Part shown: positions 1 to 11,969 of the stretch, one piece after another | How positions within the stretch are numbered: position 1 is the first letter of the stretch | Layout of the letters: every line of letters begins with the position of its first letter | From: Camelus ferus | Taxonomy: Eukaryota | DNA: 64,000 nt | Assembly: GCF_009834535.1 (NCBI RefSeq) | Contig: NC_045697.1 | Location: forward strand, 36,582,001-36,646,000 | Direction of reading: 5' to 3' | Notes under the pieces: generated by a model | What the model was told of the DNA's origin: nothing | What the model saw: the letters and a program-made list of their open reading frames with translations, nothing else | Database searches by the model: none | Position numbers and translations under genes: made by a program

Positions 1-124
1 AGATACTATGAAATCCCTTTCAGAAACGGAGTCCTATGGTTCTGTGCTAATAAAGTAGAGGTGTTTTATTTTGGGGTGGTTGGCTTTTGGGAAAATCTCT
101 TTTTTTTTCTTTCTGACACACTTT

Positions 125-270
125 TGAGCATTTACCATGTGCAGGCACTATGCTGGGGCCTTAGATATATTATGTTATTTAATCTTTACAAATCCCCAGG
201 GGTTTTGTTTTGGTTTTTTTTCATTTAACAAATGAGGAAACAGGTGAAGCAGGTAAGAAACTTGCCAGTC
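125..270 (-). mobile_element. MIR SINE fragment
   Basis: tgagcatttaccatgtgcaggcact...acaaatgaggaaacagg matches the reverse complement of the MIR 3' half and core. Confidence 0.7.
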
Positions 271-1539
271 ACACCAAAAAACAAAAAACAAAAAACCCAG
301 AGTAACTGCTGACTCCAGTTACTGCTCTTACACATTTTGCTGCTTTTCTCCTGGCATCTTTCTTGACTGTGACCAGTCAGAATCCCAAAATGTGACCAAC
401 TAAATATAGGAGCCCCAGGAAATTAGAAGGTTAAAAATCTCTTTCGGCCTCCTTGCAAGGGGGACCCCCCTTTCCCAAGGTCTCTGAATGAAAGGGCTCT
501 GACTTTACTGAGTGTAAGATGCCTGAGGAAGGGTGAATGGACAGGGACAAGCAAAAATGGCTGGTTTTAGCTCCAACACCAATTCATTTTTCTTTTCTTC
601 CTTTTTTTCTCTGAGAGCAATTTGAATTCTCGGGCACTTACTCATGTGAGTAAACCAGATTCTTCACATAATATTAATGTAAACATCACTGTATATATTT
701 TCCAACTTTGCTTTAGACTAAATAAAGCCTATATGAATAGACACAGATGAGAGAGTTGGCTGAAAAAGCAATTTGGGGCTCCAAAGAAAAAAACTAGGTA
801 GACTTTAAAAAATATGATTAATATCATTTACCTGATGTTTCTTAGTTCCAGTTTACATCTTATTAGCATGTACGATGGATCATGTTTTTAGACATGTATT
901 TATCTTGCTGAGGGACTGAGAAGAAATTATCAAAAATCATTAAGGCTTCAAAAGTAAACAATTTTCTCCCCTAAAAGTGAGCGCGAGGGCCTGTCAGCTT
1001 TGAGTGCATCCTCGGTGCTCAGTGTGTGGGCACGCTGGCCCTGGCTGAGAGGAGGAGGGAGCCACAGTGGGGCTTCTTTGCAGTTTGGAGTAAGAAAGAG
1101 CAGGAAGTGGGTTCTCTCCTCGGGTGTGTGTAGGGTGGTGGGGGCGGAGACCTTACACCTCCTTGGTAGGCCCTGTTATGGCTCAGGAACCAACCTTCCT
1201 CCTTCCTCTCTGATTTGGGGTGGAATAGAGGCCTGAGGTGACTTTCAGAGAGAAGTGTCGTCCACCAATGTCGTGCTGGAAAGTACCACGAAAAGTAAAA
1301 ATCTCCCTCAATCCCCACTTCCTTTCCCATTCGTTTATCTTGCTGGAAATCGCTACAGAAGTTCTTCTCCCTAACTTGCAAATTCTACACTTTCCTGATA
1401 ACAAAGGTGCATTTCAGAGCAAAAGTGAGTCAGCAGTGTCTGCAACCGAGAGGGTCTTCAGAGGGCGTATGTACACTGACTCCTGCACTGGAAAAATCCG
1501 GTAGACTGAAGACTTAAAAGCCTTAAGCACAGCCTTTGG

Positions 1540-2270
1540 GAGGGAGATTAAGAGGTACAAACTTCCAGCTCCAAAATGAATGACTCAGAGAGACCCACTT
1601 CAGAGCTAGAGACGCATGCAGGCTGAAAGTAAGGGGATGGACAAAGAAAGATGGACTAGCAATTCTTATCTCAGACACAATAGATTTTAAGAAAACAAAA
1701 TGACTTCAGGGGATGAAATGGACAGTGTGGGATATATAGTCAGTAATGATGTAATGGCTTCATAGGGTGACATTTTGTAACTAGACTTATCGTGGTGATC
1801 ATTTTGTAATGCACAGAAATATCAAATCACTATGTAGTGCACTAGGAGCTAACACAGTGTTTGTTGTAGGTCAATTATACTTCCATAAATGAGCAAACTC
1901 ATAGAAAAATAGATCAGAAATGTAGTTACCAGAGGGGGGGGAGGGGAACTGGATGAAAGAGGTGAAAAGATAGAAACGTCTGGTTGTAACACACGTATGT
2001 AATAGGGAAGGAACGTACAGCATGATTAATATAATCAACACTGCTGTGTGTTACATGTGAAAATTAAGAGAGTAAATCCTAAGAGTTCTCATCACAAGGG
2101 AAGAATACGTTTTTCTTCTATTTTGTGGCTTTATGAGATGATGAATGTTCACTGAACGAATTGTGGTAATCATTTCATGATGTATGTACATCAGATCATT
2201 ATGCTGTACACTTCAAACTTATACAGTGCTGTATGTTGATTACATCTCAATAAAATTGGGTGGAAAAAAA
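1540..2270 (+). mobile_element. L1 3' UTR (older Laurasiatherian type, L1MA9/10- or L1_Carn-like), interrupted at 1590-1700
   Basis: gaggtacaaacttccagct, aatcctaagagttctcatcacaag, atgctgtacacttcaaacttatacagtgctgtatg; ends ctcaataaaa plus A-run. Confidence 0.8.
1590..1700 (+). mobile_element. Isolated L1 ORF2 endonuclease-domain fragment
   Basis: Manual translation ETHFRARDACRLKVRGWTKKDGLAILISDTIDFKKTK resembles L1 ORF2p ETHLTCRDTHRLKIKGWRK...KAGVAILVSDKTDFK. Confidence 0.85.
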
Positions 2271-2689
2271 TCACACACAAAAAGAACAGCCTTTGGGATA
2301 CAGCCTGTTTGGAAGCAGAAAAAATTTTGCATGAGATAATCTACAAGAACAATGGGGTCTCTGGTGGCCATTGTCCCACTAATTTTCCTTTAAATGCACA
2401 CTGGCTTTACAAAAAGTGGTTATCTGATGTAGTCAGAATAAACCATATACAGCACTGGAAAAGTGATGGATAAACATGTCACCTGGCATGCTGCGCAGAC
2501 AATTTCACATTTTCCTCCTACTGAAGGGACTTGACTCCAGAGCATCCCTTGAATAGGTGCATGAGTCACAGCTTTCCAACAATAGTAATGGGACCTCATG
2601 ATATTCAAAAGAATCTGTCCTTGTAGTCAAATGGCAATGTGTCCTGCATTGGTACTTTAACCTTGACAAACATGAAACATGATAGCCAT

Positions 2690-3075
2690 AGGCTCTTTAG
2701 GTTGAAAGGGAGCCTTGAGAAATGGTCCTTAAATGAAACAGGACTTTATTTCCTTATAAAATAGATCATTCTGCCTTTGAATAGCTCTAACCTACTAGTG
2801 AGGGAAAGTCCATGTATTGACCCAAAATTCACCCCCCTAGACCTCACCCACTACCTCCATGGGTCCCATTTAGAATATGTCTAATTCCTTAAATCCTTCA
2901 ATTATTTGAGGGCAGACTCCAAGTGCCCCCTAGGTACAGCAGCCTGAAGTGTATCCGACCTTCCTTCAGGTTTGCAGACTCCAAGAGCCCGACTGCACTC
3001 TTCTGCAAGCTCCCCAATTTATCAGCGTCCTTCCTGCAATCTATGGATAGCATGAACCCCAGGTCTCCAGGACAA
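2690..3075 (-). mobile_element. L3/CR1 LINE fossil (ORF2 C-terminus and 3' end)
   Basis: ORF 2898..3143(-) contains RKDADKLGSLQKSAVGLL...LKE, similar to the CR1 motif KKDIDKLERVQRRATKMI...LKE. Confidence 0.65.
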
Positions 3076-4380
3076 AGTGAAGTGGGAGTAACTAACCACT
3101 CCCAGAGCCAAAGACTGCATCTGCTCCCCGGGCAGCAGTGCACACCCGGGCTGGTACTGCAGTCCTGCCAGAGCTGAGCAGGGAACGCTGCCCTGAGGCC
3201 TAGAGGAAGCTATCAGCAATTCTTGGCCATAGACGGGGAAAAGAATCAAGACTAATAGAAAGGTGGATGCTTTTAAAAGCAAAATCAAATGCTAGGAACA
3301 CAGTTTAGAAAATGCAAAGATATTTAGAGGCATTAGGTAGATTTATACAAACAGAATGAAGGCCTCAATGGCTAAGCGGTTCCAGTATTGGAATTCTCAG
3401 CATATAATCTGATTCAAAGAACGAATGGTATTTGGGGAATTTGGGGCTCTGCCATTTGTTTGTAAGCATTCCTTTATGTTGACAACTCTTGTTCTAAAAT
3501 GTCCTGACATAAATAACACAAGAGAAATGGAAACCATTTCAACAAATGGTAAATCAAAGAGAATTCTTCTCATCCAGAGCATAAACATCAATGAGCCTTC
3601 ACCGACATTCACTAATAAATGAAAAAATTAAAACACTGACAGGCCTAGGGCAGCTGATGGGGGGGGGGCAAGCAAAGGGATAAACTGGAAGTCCCACAGC
3701 TCCAGATGCTCCTTTCCCCTTCCCTCCCACAGTTAAAAAAAAAAAAGATACACAAGTGCTCGACAAGGAAAGTGTCCTCAGAGGCTTTACCAGTCAGTCA
3801 CCTTGGACCATTAGGGTTCTCCCCTTATCTGCCAGAAAGCATTGCTTATGGAAAATTTCTACTTCTCCTGTGACAAACATGGTCCTAAAAATCCACTGAA
3901 GACAGTCTTAAGTAACAGATACACTTATCCCACCAGTGCCATGTGACCCACATTGCAGCCTAGGGCAAAAGGAAACCTGAGTCCTAATATACACGTTTTC
4001 TGTATTTTTTAGTGGTTAAATTGTTTTTCCTAGATCATTAAGGTAGTTGGGAAAAAAAAGTGAGAAACATGAAAACTATGTGTTCAATACATACATACAG
4101 TATTATTTTGAATTTAAATATTTTACTTATACTAAAACCAGAATTTTTTCCTCCATAGTTTTACTTTCCTGGCTTTAAAGGAAACAAGGCCATCAGTACT
4201 GTTTTCCAAATCTACCTCTTTGCTTGTCTGATTTTCAACTGAGGAAATTGCCAGGTTTGACTAATCATCTTGAATAATTTAAAATTTTTGATCTTTTATC
4301 ATGGATTTTTTGCATTAATTTTGGTTTTTTAAAATACTATTTTAAAATATTACTTATCGTGACTACTAAGTTTTTGGGGT

Positions 4381-5255
4381 TTTTTTTTAATTCAAGTATA
4401 GTCAATTTACTTGACTATAGTTTCTAGTGTACAGCATAGTGATTCAGTTATATGTATTCTTTTTCATATTCCTTTTCATTACAGGTTACTACAAGCCCAA
4501 TATAGTTACCTGTGCTATATAGTAGGTCTTTGTTGTTTATTTATTCTGTACATTGTAGTTTGTATCTTTCAATCCTAAACACTCAATTTATCCCTCTCTT
4601 TTTGCTTTTCCCCCTAGTAACCATAAATTTGTTTTCTATGTCTGTGAGTTTCTTTCTATTTCATAAATAAGTTCATTTGTAGATAAACAATAAGTTCATG
4701 CTGTATAGTGCAGGGAACTATATTTGATATCTTGTAATAATTTATGGTGAAAAAGAATATGAAAACGAATCTATGTATGTTCATGTATGACTGAAGCATT
4801 GTGCTGTACATCAGAAATTGACACAACATTGTAAACTGACTATACTTCCATAAAAATATATATACAAAAAAATGAAAAATAAAGAACCTATATACCAGGA
4901 TATATTTTAAAAAGTTCATTTGTATCATATTTTAGATTCCACATATAAGTGATATCATATGGTATTTTTCCTTCTTTTTCTGGCTTACTTAGAATGACAA
5001 TCTCCAGGTCCATCCATATCGCTGCAAATGGCATTAATTTCTTCTTTTTTATGGCTGAGTAGTATTCCATTGTATAAATATACCACAACTCCTTTATCCA
5101 GTCATCTGTCAACGGACATTTAGGTTGTTTCCATGTCTTGGCTATTATACATAGTGCTGCTATGAACATTGGGGTTCATGTCTCTTTTCAAATTAGAGTT
5201 TCCTTTGGATATATATATGCCCAGGAGTGGGATTGCTGGATCACGTGGTAAATCT
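4381..5255 (-). mobile_element. 5'-truncated L1 (ORF2 C-terminus plus 3' UTR)
   Basis: ORF 4888..5169(-) MFIAALCIIAKTWKQPKCPLTDDWIKELWYIYTMEYYSAIKK is the L1 ORF2p C-terminus; poly-T tail at about 4380. Confidence 0.95.
4681..4911 (+). mobile_element. L1 3' tip nested in the opposite-strand L1
   Basis: ctgtatagtgcagggaactatat...acaacattgtaaactgactatacttc; 12-bp TSD aagttcatttgt at 4669-4680 and 4912-4923. Confidence 0.92.
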
Positions 5256-6494
5256 TTACAAAACGCTTTTGGTGCCCCTTAAAATTTGTACCCAAAGGTA
5301 AGCACCTTACTTGCCTCACCTACTCAAGGCCCTGCCACTGTTAATTTTAGAGACTCAGGTAAAGAGAATGGGGTGTCAAGGCTGTGATTAGGATCCAGCT
5401 CTGCATTAAACCACCTCTGTGGGCCTCCATCTTTTCCTTCCACCTGCCCTGGTTTCCAGCCAGGTGCAGAGGCAAAAGTGGAGAATTACAACCTTGTCAC
5501 AGGTGTGCCACTAAATTTTAACCAAGGTGGAAATTAACTGTTGCTCTAGCTGATGGTTGTACTTGATAGAGGAGCCAGATGAGCAGTCTGCTGAAGGGTT
5601 CATGAGGCAAGAGGAAGAACTTTCAAAGGAGAGGGGAAAAGTGTAACCTGAAGCCAAGTCCCCAAAATGATCACGAAACATTTGGATCCTGACAGAGCTT
5701 CTCTTCGTGAGTAGATAGGAGAGCCCAGTCAAGTGACATAAGCATTCCCTCCAGCAGGGACCTGTGTGGACTGCAGCTGTACAAGCAGTGTGAGGCTCTG
5801 CACTGTTGCAGTCGGTTTGCTTTGTAATTTTTGCTGACTTATTTAATGTTGTTCAAAATCTTTAATCCCTTCAACCAATCTTAATGTTTTATCATGTGTC
5901 TCACACACATACAGACCAAAAATCCCTTAGTCTTTTACCTTCAAGAAACTGAACTTAAGAGTTTTTTGTTGTTGATGATGCATTAAAATTTGGATGAAGC
6001 TACGCAGTGCAGAATGGCTTGCCGAGTTGCTTTCAAACAGGTCATTGAGGCCACACCTCAGTGCCAAGGTCACATTCACAGTCAGGCATGTCATCCTGAA
6101 CCATGAAGGCCAGAGATACACCCATGGAGGACTAGGATGGACCAGTGCTGATTCATTCTTCACACCAGTGGCCTCATGTCTCTAAAATGACTATCTGGCA
6201 GGCATGTTTGTCTCACCATTGCCCTGGCTCTAGCTTCAACTCCTAAATTAGATTATTGGGGGGAAAATAAATGCCAAAGTTAGGGTAAACTCTATCTTCT
6301 ATTACACAAAGTGAATTTACAATTACATTTTAAATTATAGATAAACTGTGTGAGACTTGGAGGTATTAAAGTGCCATCAATTCTTTTATAAATATCAATT
6401 GTCAACTAAGGTATACAAGAAGATGGACCAATGCTCTGTGGTCTGTTCCTTAGCTTATAGACACATATGTAATGGGGAAAAATTAGGTGCTTTA

Positions 6495-7080
6495 CCAAGA
6501 CATGGAAACAACCTAAATGTCCATTGACAGATGAAAGGATAAAAAAGATGTGGTATACATATACGATGGAATACTACTCAGCCATAAAAAAGAATAAAAT
6601 AATGCCATTTGCAGCAATATGGATGGACCTGGAGATTGTCATTCTAAGTGAAGTAAGCCAGAAAGAGAAAGACAAATACCATATGATATCACTTGTATGT
6701 AGATTCTAAAAAAAAAAAAAAAAGACACAAATGAAATTATTTACAAAACAGAAACAGACTCACAGACATAGAGAACAAACTTATGGTAACCAGGGGGAAT
6801 AGGGGTGAGAAGGGATAAACTGGGAGTTTGAGATTTGCAAATACTAACTACTATATATAAAATAGATAAACAACAAGTTTCTTCTGTATAGCACAGGGAA
6901 CTATATTGAATATCTTGTAGCAGTCTATAGTGAAAAAGAATATGAAAACGAATATACTATATATATATATGACTGAATATATATAAATATATATATATGA
7001 CTGAAACGTTATGCTGTACACCAGAAATTTACACAACATTGTAAACTGACTATACTTGAGTAAAAAGAATGCAAATTAAA
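6495..7080 (+). mobile_element. 5'-truncated L1 (ORF2 C-terminus plus 3' UTR)
   Basis: ORF 6524..6709 IKKMWYTYTMEYYSAIKKNKIMPFAAIWMDLE; perfect 17-bp TSD aaaaattaggtgcttta at 6478-6494 and 7081-7097. Confidence 0.96.
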
Positions 7081-8439
7081 AAAAATTAGGTGCTTTAGAG
7101 ACCTGAATAAGAGTCAAGCATCAGATTAAAAACTGTCTTTGGACCAAGAGCCTGGATTGGAAATGGAGGCTGGGGAGGCAGGGGAGCCACATATGTTGCA
7201 GAGGAAAGGGAGAGGGACCAGAGGAAGGGCATGTGCTTATGGGCTGCTGCCAAGGGCAGGGTTAGCTCTGCTCCTACTTAATATCTCAATCAGTGGTCTC
7301 CCAGAGGGAGTAAGCAATTCATTAATACAGTCTGTGAATGACACTAGCCTGCACAGTGTTGCCAACACTAGAAAAGACAGAGAAAAAATATATAAATGGC
7401 CTATGAAGAGGTTGAAATATGGCCGGGAAATTAAAGAATTGAACTAGAAGGAGACTGTGTAATACATCTGGAGTCAGTAACTGAGAACATAGATGCTCAG
7501 AAAGTGGGAAAAACAAGGGAAGCGTTAGGTGAAAGGAGTCCCAGGAGCTAGCCAATTAGATACAAGCTTTAGAAGTCAGGGATGGGCTTTCACAAGCCTG
7601 TTAGAGAGGAGCTTTTACTGCCTTTCCCCTGAGGTGTCACCACTGCACACCTTTCAAACTCAGATTGCTTTGTGAGAACTCTGGCCCACAGAAGATGTCC
7701 TTCCATTTCCTGGTCTCCCAACATGGTGAAATGGAGCTGATCCCCTGCCAACAACAAAAATGAAGGCAGAGTATTTTGCACTGACCAAGGGCCCTTGGCC
7801 CTTGCAACCAGTTGTCACAGGGCCCTGGGCAGGCCTGGCGTCCAAGAAGAAGCAGGGTGAAGACAGACTGGCCTTCTGTCACCCAAGGCTGAAAAATATA
7901 CTCAAGAAACACGTTTTTTAACAGACATCCAAGATTTACGGAGGGAAGGGCAAGGTGGAGGAAGATATTTGAATTCTCAAAATTTTTCTACTGCTTCAGT
8001 TCTACAGGCGTCCATGTATCACCTATTACATGCGTGACATTCGTCTTCATTTCTGTGGGAATCCCCATAGGCAGTTCAATTTCATCTTCAATGAGTGTAA
8101 GTCTAATTAGGAAAATGGAGCTTATATACAGAACAAAAGATAAAACACTGCAAGAGAATATACAATGGTCATGGTCTTACAAAATAGCAGCTAGGGACAA
8201 GCATGGAGAGAAAGGAGCGAGGGAGCAGTGTAGTGTGGCCCAGGTCAAGTTTAAGGAATAGATGGTCCTCAGGGTGAATCATGAAATGGGACTTGGACAA
8301 GTGGGAAGAAATCTAGGTGAGAGGAAGAGCAAATTCCTCAATCAAGGAAGAGGACTACACCCCCTGGTATCTGGTGTTCCCACACGATGACTTGTATTTG
8401 AGATTTTAAAATTAATGAGAAGCCACAGGATTTTGAGTT

Positions 8440-8960
8440 GGGTAAGGATCTTAGATTCTCACCAAGTGCAGGGATCCTCTTTACAACATCCTGGAGGGCT
8501 GACCTACCAACTTCTGTTTGAAACACCTCCAATGATGGGAGCTCATGAGTTTGCCAACAGCTGAATGCCTCCCTCTTGTTAGTATGAACTTAGGGCATTG
8601 TTCTGTCTTGCAGTGGAAAATAGATCACATTTATTCTCTCAAAACAGGACGCCCCCACCAAAGTAAAGATAGCACTATGGTTTCTCTCTTGTCTTTCTGC
8701 CTCTGGTTCTTCCAGTTGTCTTCTTGGGTAGTCCACGTGGTACTGAAGGGTCCACCTAGGATGCTCTCTAGTTTGTTAAGGTCCCATTGAAAACATGGCA
8801 CTTGGAAGTGATAACTTACCCAAATGGGGTCTGCGCTCAAGGTTCAGTGGAATAATCACTTCCTTAATCAGGATACTACTTGTCTCTTAAAGCAACCTAC
8901 AATGACCTTTACTGATTTGCTTTTTGTAGATAAATCACACGATTGACTAATAAAATTCAG
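8440..8960 (-). mobile_element. L3/CR1 LINE fossil
   Basis: ttctgtttgaaacacctccaatgatggggagctc is L3 3'-like; ORF 8631..8840(-) has PCFQWDLNKLESI, similar to CR1 PHFKRDIDKLESV. Confidence 0.6.
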
Positions 8961-9150
8961 TAGGTCTTTAGAACATAAAACACTTAACTATTGTGCTTTG
9001 AACAGAGGAATAAATAATGGTAGTGGTGAAGGCTACCAAGTCTAACTCTCCTTGCCTATATTTTGCCCAATATTTCAGCCTCCAAGTGAAAAAGAAATTA
9101 CTCCAGAAGTAATGGGAGGGGCCTATGTGTAGGAATGTCACCTGGGGGGC

Positions 9151-9600
9151 TGTAGTGGGTAGAATGATGCCCCCAAAAGATATTCCCACATCCTAACCCC
9201 CAGAACCTGTGAATGTGGCCATGTTAGAAAAAGGGTCTTTGAAGATGTAATTAAGTCAGAGATCTTGAGATGAGATCATCCTGGATTATCTGATTTACCC
9301 AAACCCAATGACAAGTGTCTTTATAAGAGAGAAGAAGAGAAGACACAGGCACAGAGGAGAAGGTGATGTGAAGACAGAGATGGAGATTGGAGTGATGTAG
9401 CCACAAGCCTGGGATACCTGGAGGCACCACCAGCTGGAAGAGGCAAGGATTCTTTCCTGGAGCCTCTGGAGGAAGCAAGGCTCTGCCAACACCTTGATGT
9501 CAAACTTCTGGCCTCCAGAACTGTGAGGGAATAAATGTGTATTATTTGAAGCTCCCAAGTTTATGGTAATGTGTTACCGCAGCAATAGGAAACTAATAGA
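9151..9600 (+). mobile_element. MaLR solo LTR (MLT1B/C-like)
   Basis: Starts tgtagtgggtagaatgatgcccccaaaaga, contains ggcctccagaactgtgag and aataaa, ends gcagcaataggaaactaataga; 5-bp flanks ggggc/ggggt. Confidence 0.9.
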
Positions 9601-10559
9601 GGGGTATTCTCCCAGGAACTAGGTACCCATTTCCAATGACCTCTTCCAACGCCTCTCTACACGGTTTGGGGACAATGTGTTGAGTTGCAGCCACTTAGAC
9701 AGCTAGATACATCGGGACAGCAGATCTGCCCTAGTATAAAAGTGTGGTAGTTTTCTTTTAATTCATTGCTAAGTTACAACACAGATGTTTTCAGAGAGGA
9801 CTGTTAAACCAAATTTGCTAGAGCCTCAAGGGGCAAAAAAAAAGACTACAGAGAGAAGAGCTGATTTTGTGTGTGTGCCGTAGAAGACATAATACAAGCA
9901 TAATGATGATACTTAACGAGGAGTTTGAAAACACCAGGTGATTCACCTATTAATGTGAGCAGGCAGGAGCCTAGACACGCAGCATACTGTTCAAAAAAGG
10001 CCATGTGACAGACAGACAGAAGCAGTCATAAGCAAGTTATGCAAATCATCTCAACAGATAGCGATGACATATTTAGACCTCACCGTCATGCGTATGCTGT
10101 TGCCACATACTAAGACACGAGGCTATTAAAGAAAATTCTTGGAGAGTTTCCATTCTGCTGTTGCTGAAGTCTTTTATGTCCCTGTGACAAATGCATCAAA
10201 CACAAGAAGCAACTGAGAGTCACTGGAAAATAATGGTGGAATTTAAGTCCACACATTCCAAGTCACATATTAGTGATGAGGAATAAAATGCCCCCGGTTA
10301 ATTGGGACAGAACCTACTGCCACTATTAGAAGTGTATTGTCGATCCACCATGTCAAGGAGTGTGGCTCCCTGGAACAGGGGGAGAAGTTTTTCTAGAAAG
10401 ACAGACATGGAAGGGCAGGGGTGAAGAGAATAGGAATAAAAAAGACTGTCATAAAAACTGCAAACCTCAAATTTAGAGGTCATCTAGTCTACTCTCTACC
10501 TGAATCCCAGAAATTCCTTCTCTCCCCTTCTTTTTAGAATATAAAACAAAACACAATAA

Positions 10560-10905
10560 TTATTACTATTTAATGAGCAATTCACTAAGTGCAAGATACT
10601 ATGCTGAGGGGGAGAGTATGGCTCCGTGGTAGAGCGCATGCCTAGCATGCACGAGGTCCTGGGTTCAATCCCCAGTACTGACATTTAAAAATAAATAAAT
10701 AAATCTAATTACCTCCCCTCACAACAAAATTTTTAAAAATAAATAAATAAAATAAATAAAAATAAATTTTTAAAAAGTTGCAGTATAGAAAATAACATTT
10801 GTTTTAAAAAAAAGATACTATGCTGGATTCTTTCCATATATTTTCTCATTTAATCTTAAGAATGATCTTATGAGATCAGTGATATAATCTTTATTTTATA
10901 AATGA
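10560..10905 (-). mobile_element. MIR split by the vic-1 SINE
   Basis: taatgagcaattcactaagtgcaagatactatgctg continues after the SINE as ctcatttaatctt...ttattttataaatgag. Confidence 0.6.
10607..10811 (+). mobile_element. tRNA-Ala-derived SINE (camelid vic-1 type)
   Basis: A box tggctccgtggtag, B box ggttcaatcc, AATAAA-rich tail with ctaattacctcccc; perfect 14-bp TSD aagatactatgctg at 10593-10606 and 10812-10825. Confidence 0.92.
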
Positions 10906-11009
10906 GTGGCATGTGCTACTAAAAAACCCCTCAAGTCTTCTTTGGCATTCATTCATTCCCTCACTCATGCATTCATTCATTTAGTGAATAGGTACTGGAT
11001 ACCAAATAT

Positions 11010-11125
11010 ATCAAAACAATCACCTTCAGTGACAGGGAACTCAGTGCCCCAAAAGGCAACCTACTGGACTTTTGGACAATTCTATTTCTTAGAAATTTCT
11101 TCCTTCTATTGATCTGAAATAGATC
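11010..11125 (-). mobile_element. L3/CR1 3' fragment
   Basis: caccttcagtgacagggaactc...ttttggacaattctatttcttagaaatttcttcctt resembles the L3 3' end. Confidence 0.55.
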
Positions 11126-11969
11126 TCTGGGTAACTAAGCAAGGCCACTGTGGTGTCTACGTGTCCCTTAGAACAAAACGAGATAAGAGGAAATGGTGAC
11201 AGGAAGAAGTTAATAGGGGACAACCAACATTTTCTGTTTCTGATTTCAGCTCAGTGCAGTTTTTGTGCTTAGCAATTTGTACAGTTTTCATGTAAATCTT
11301 TAGTCTTTGGGGAGGATAGACAGTTAAATCCCATTAACCCAGAAAGAGTGATGTAGTCTTCCTTTCATATGGTTATGAAAAGCCCTTGATACTTTGGAGG
11401 TACTGTCAGAGGACAATCAAGTTGCCACCCACATAAAATTGAGTCTACATGATGCCAGCACATAAATATCAGGAATAGTTGGGTACCACCAGGAAGTCCA
11501 TGAATAGCAAGGCACTGAGGAGGACACATTTTAGAGCCGCCTTCATCCGATCCCTCTTGGCAGCATCTTAACAAATGGCCTTTTAAGTAGTCAGAATCCT
11601 AGCAAACTGTTTTCTCTACTTTAAGTGAGGAATTCAAATCTAAAAAGGAGACACTACTGGAAGCCAGGAAGCCAGGAATCCCTGCTCCAGGAAAACCCAC
11701 TGGTTACTTACATCATAGAATCCTGCTGCTCACAGTTCTGCCAAGGACCAGGTATTTCAACTGGCAGCTACACTCCCCTGGAACTCCAAGATCATTCCTG
11801 TTACCAGGTTTTCCTTCTGAGCCTTTGGGGGCCTTTTGGGAAACCCGTTTTCCTCAGAGACTTTTTGGCCCTCAAATTACTACTGTTTCTATCATTATTA
11901 TATCCAAACTTCAACGTGACCTAAGAAGTCTAGCTGTCCCCATTATAATGATTGTTTCCTATAGTAACA

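Larger units (their letters stand above)
3934..5335. mobile_element. MER96B-like hAT DNA element split by L1 insertions (pieces about 3934-3975, 4270-4380, 5265-5335)
   Basis: atcatggattttttgcattaattttg...tttttgg resumes after the L1 as ttttggtgccccttaaaatttg...cttgcctcacctactcaaggccctg (terminal repeat). Confidence 0.7.

Noticed and set aside
3022..3288. ORF with a signal-peptide-like N-terminus (ILLLKASTFLLVLILFPVYG)
   Set aside because: Starts at TTG, runs into an L3/CR1 fossil, and has no recognisable family or splice support.
10607..10683. Apparent tRNA-Ala genes (also 23517 and 41150-41226)
   Set aside because: Stem mismatches, A-rich tails and TSDs show they are retroposed SINE copies.
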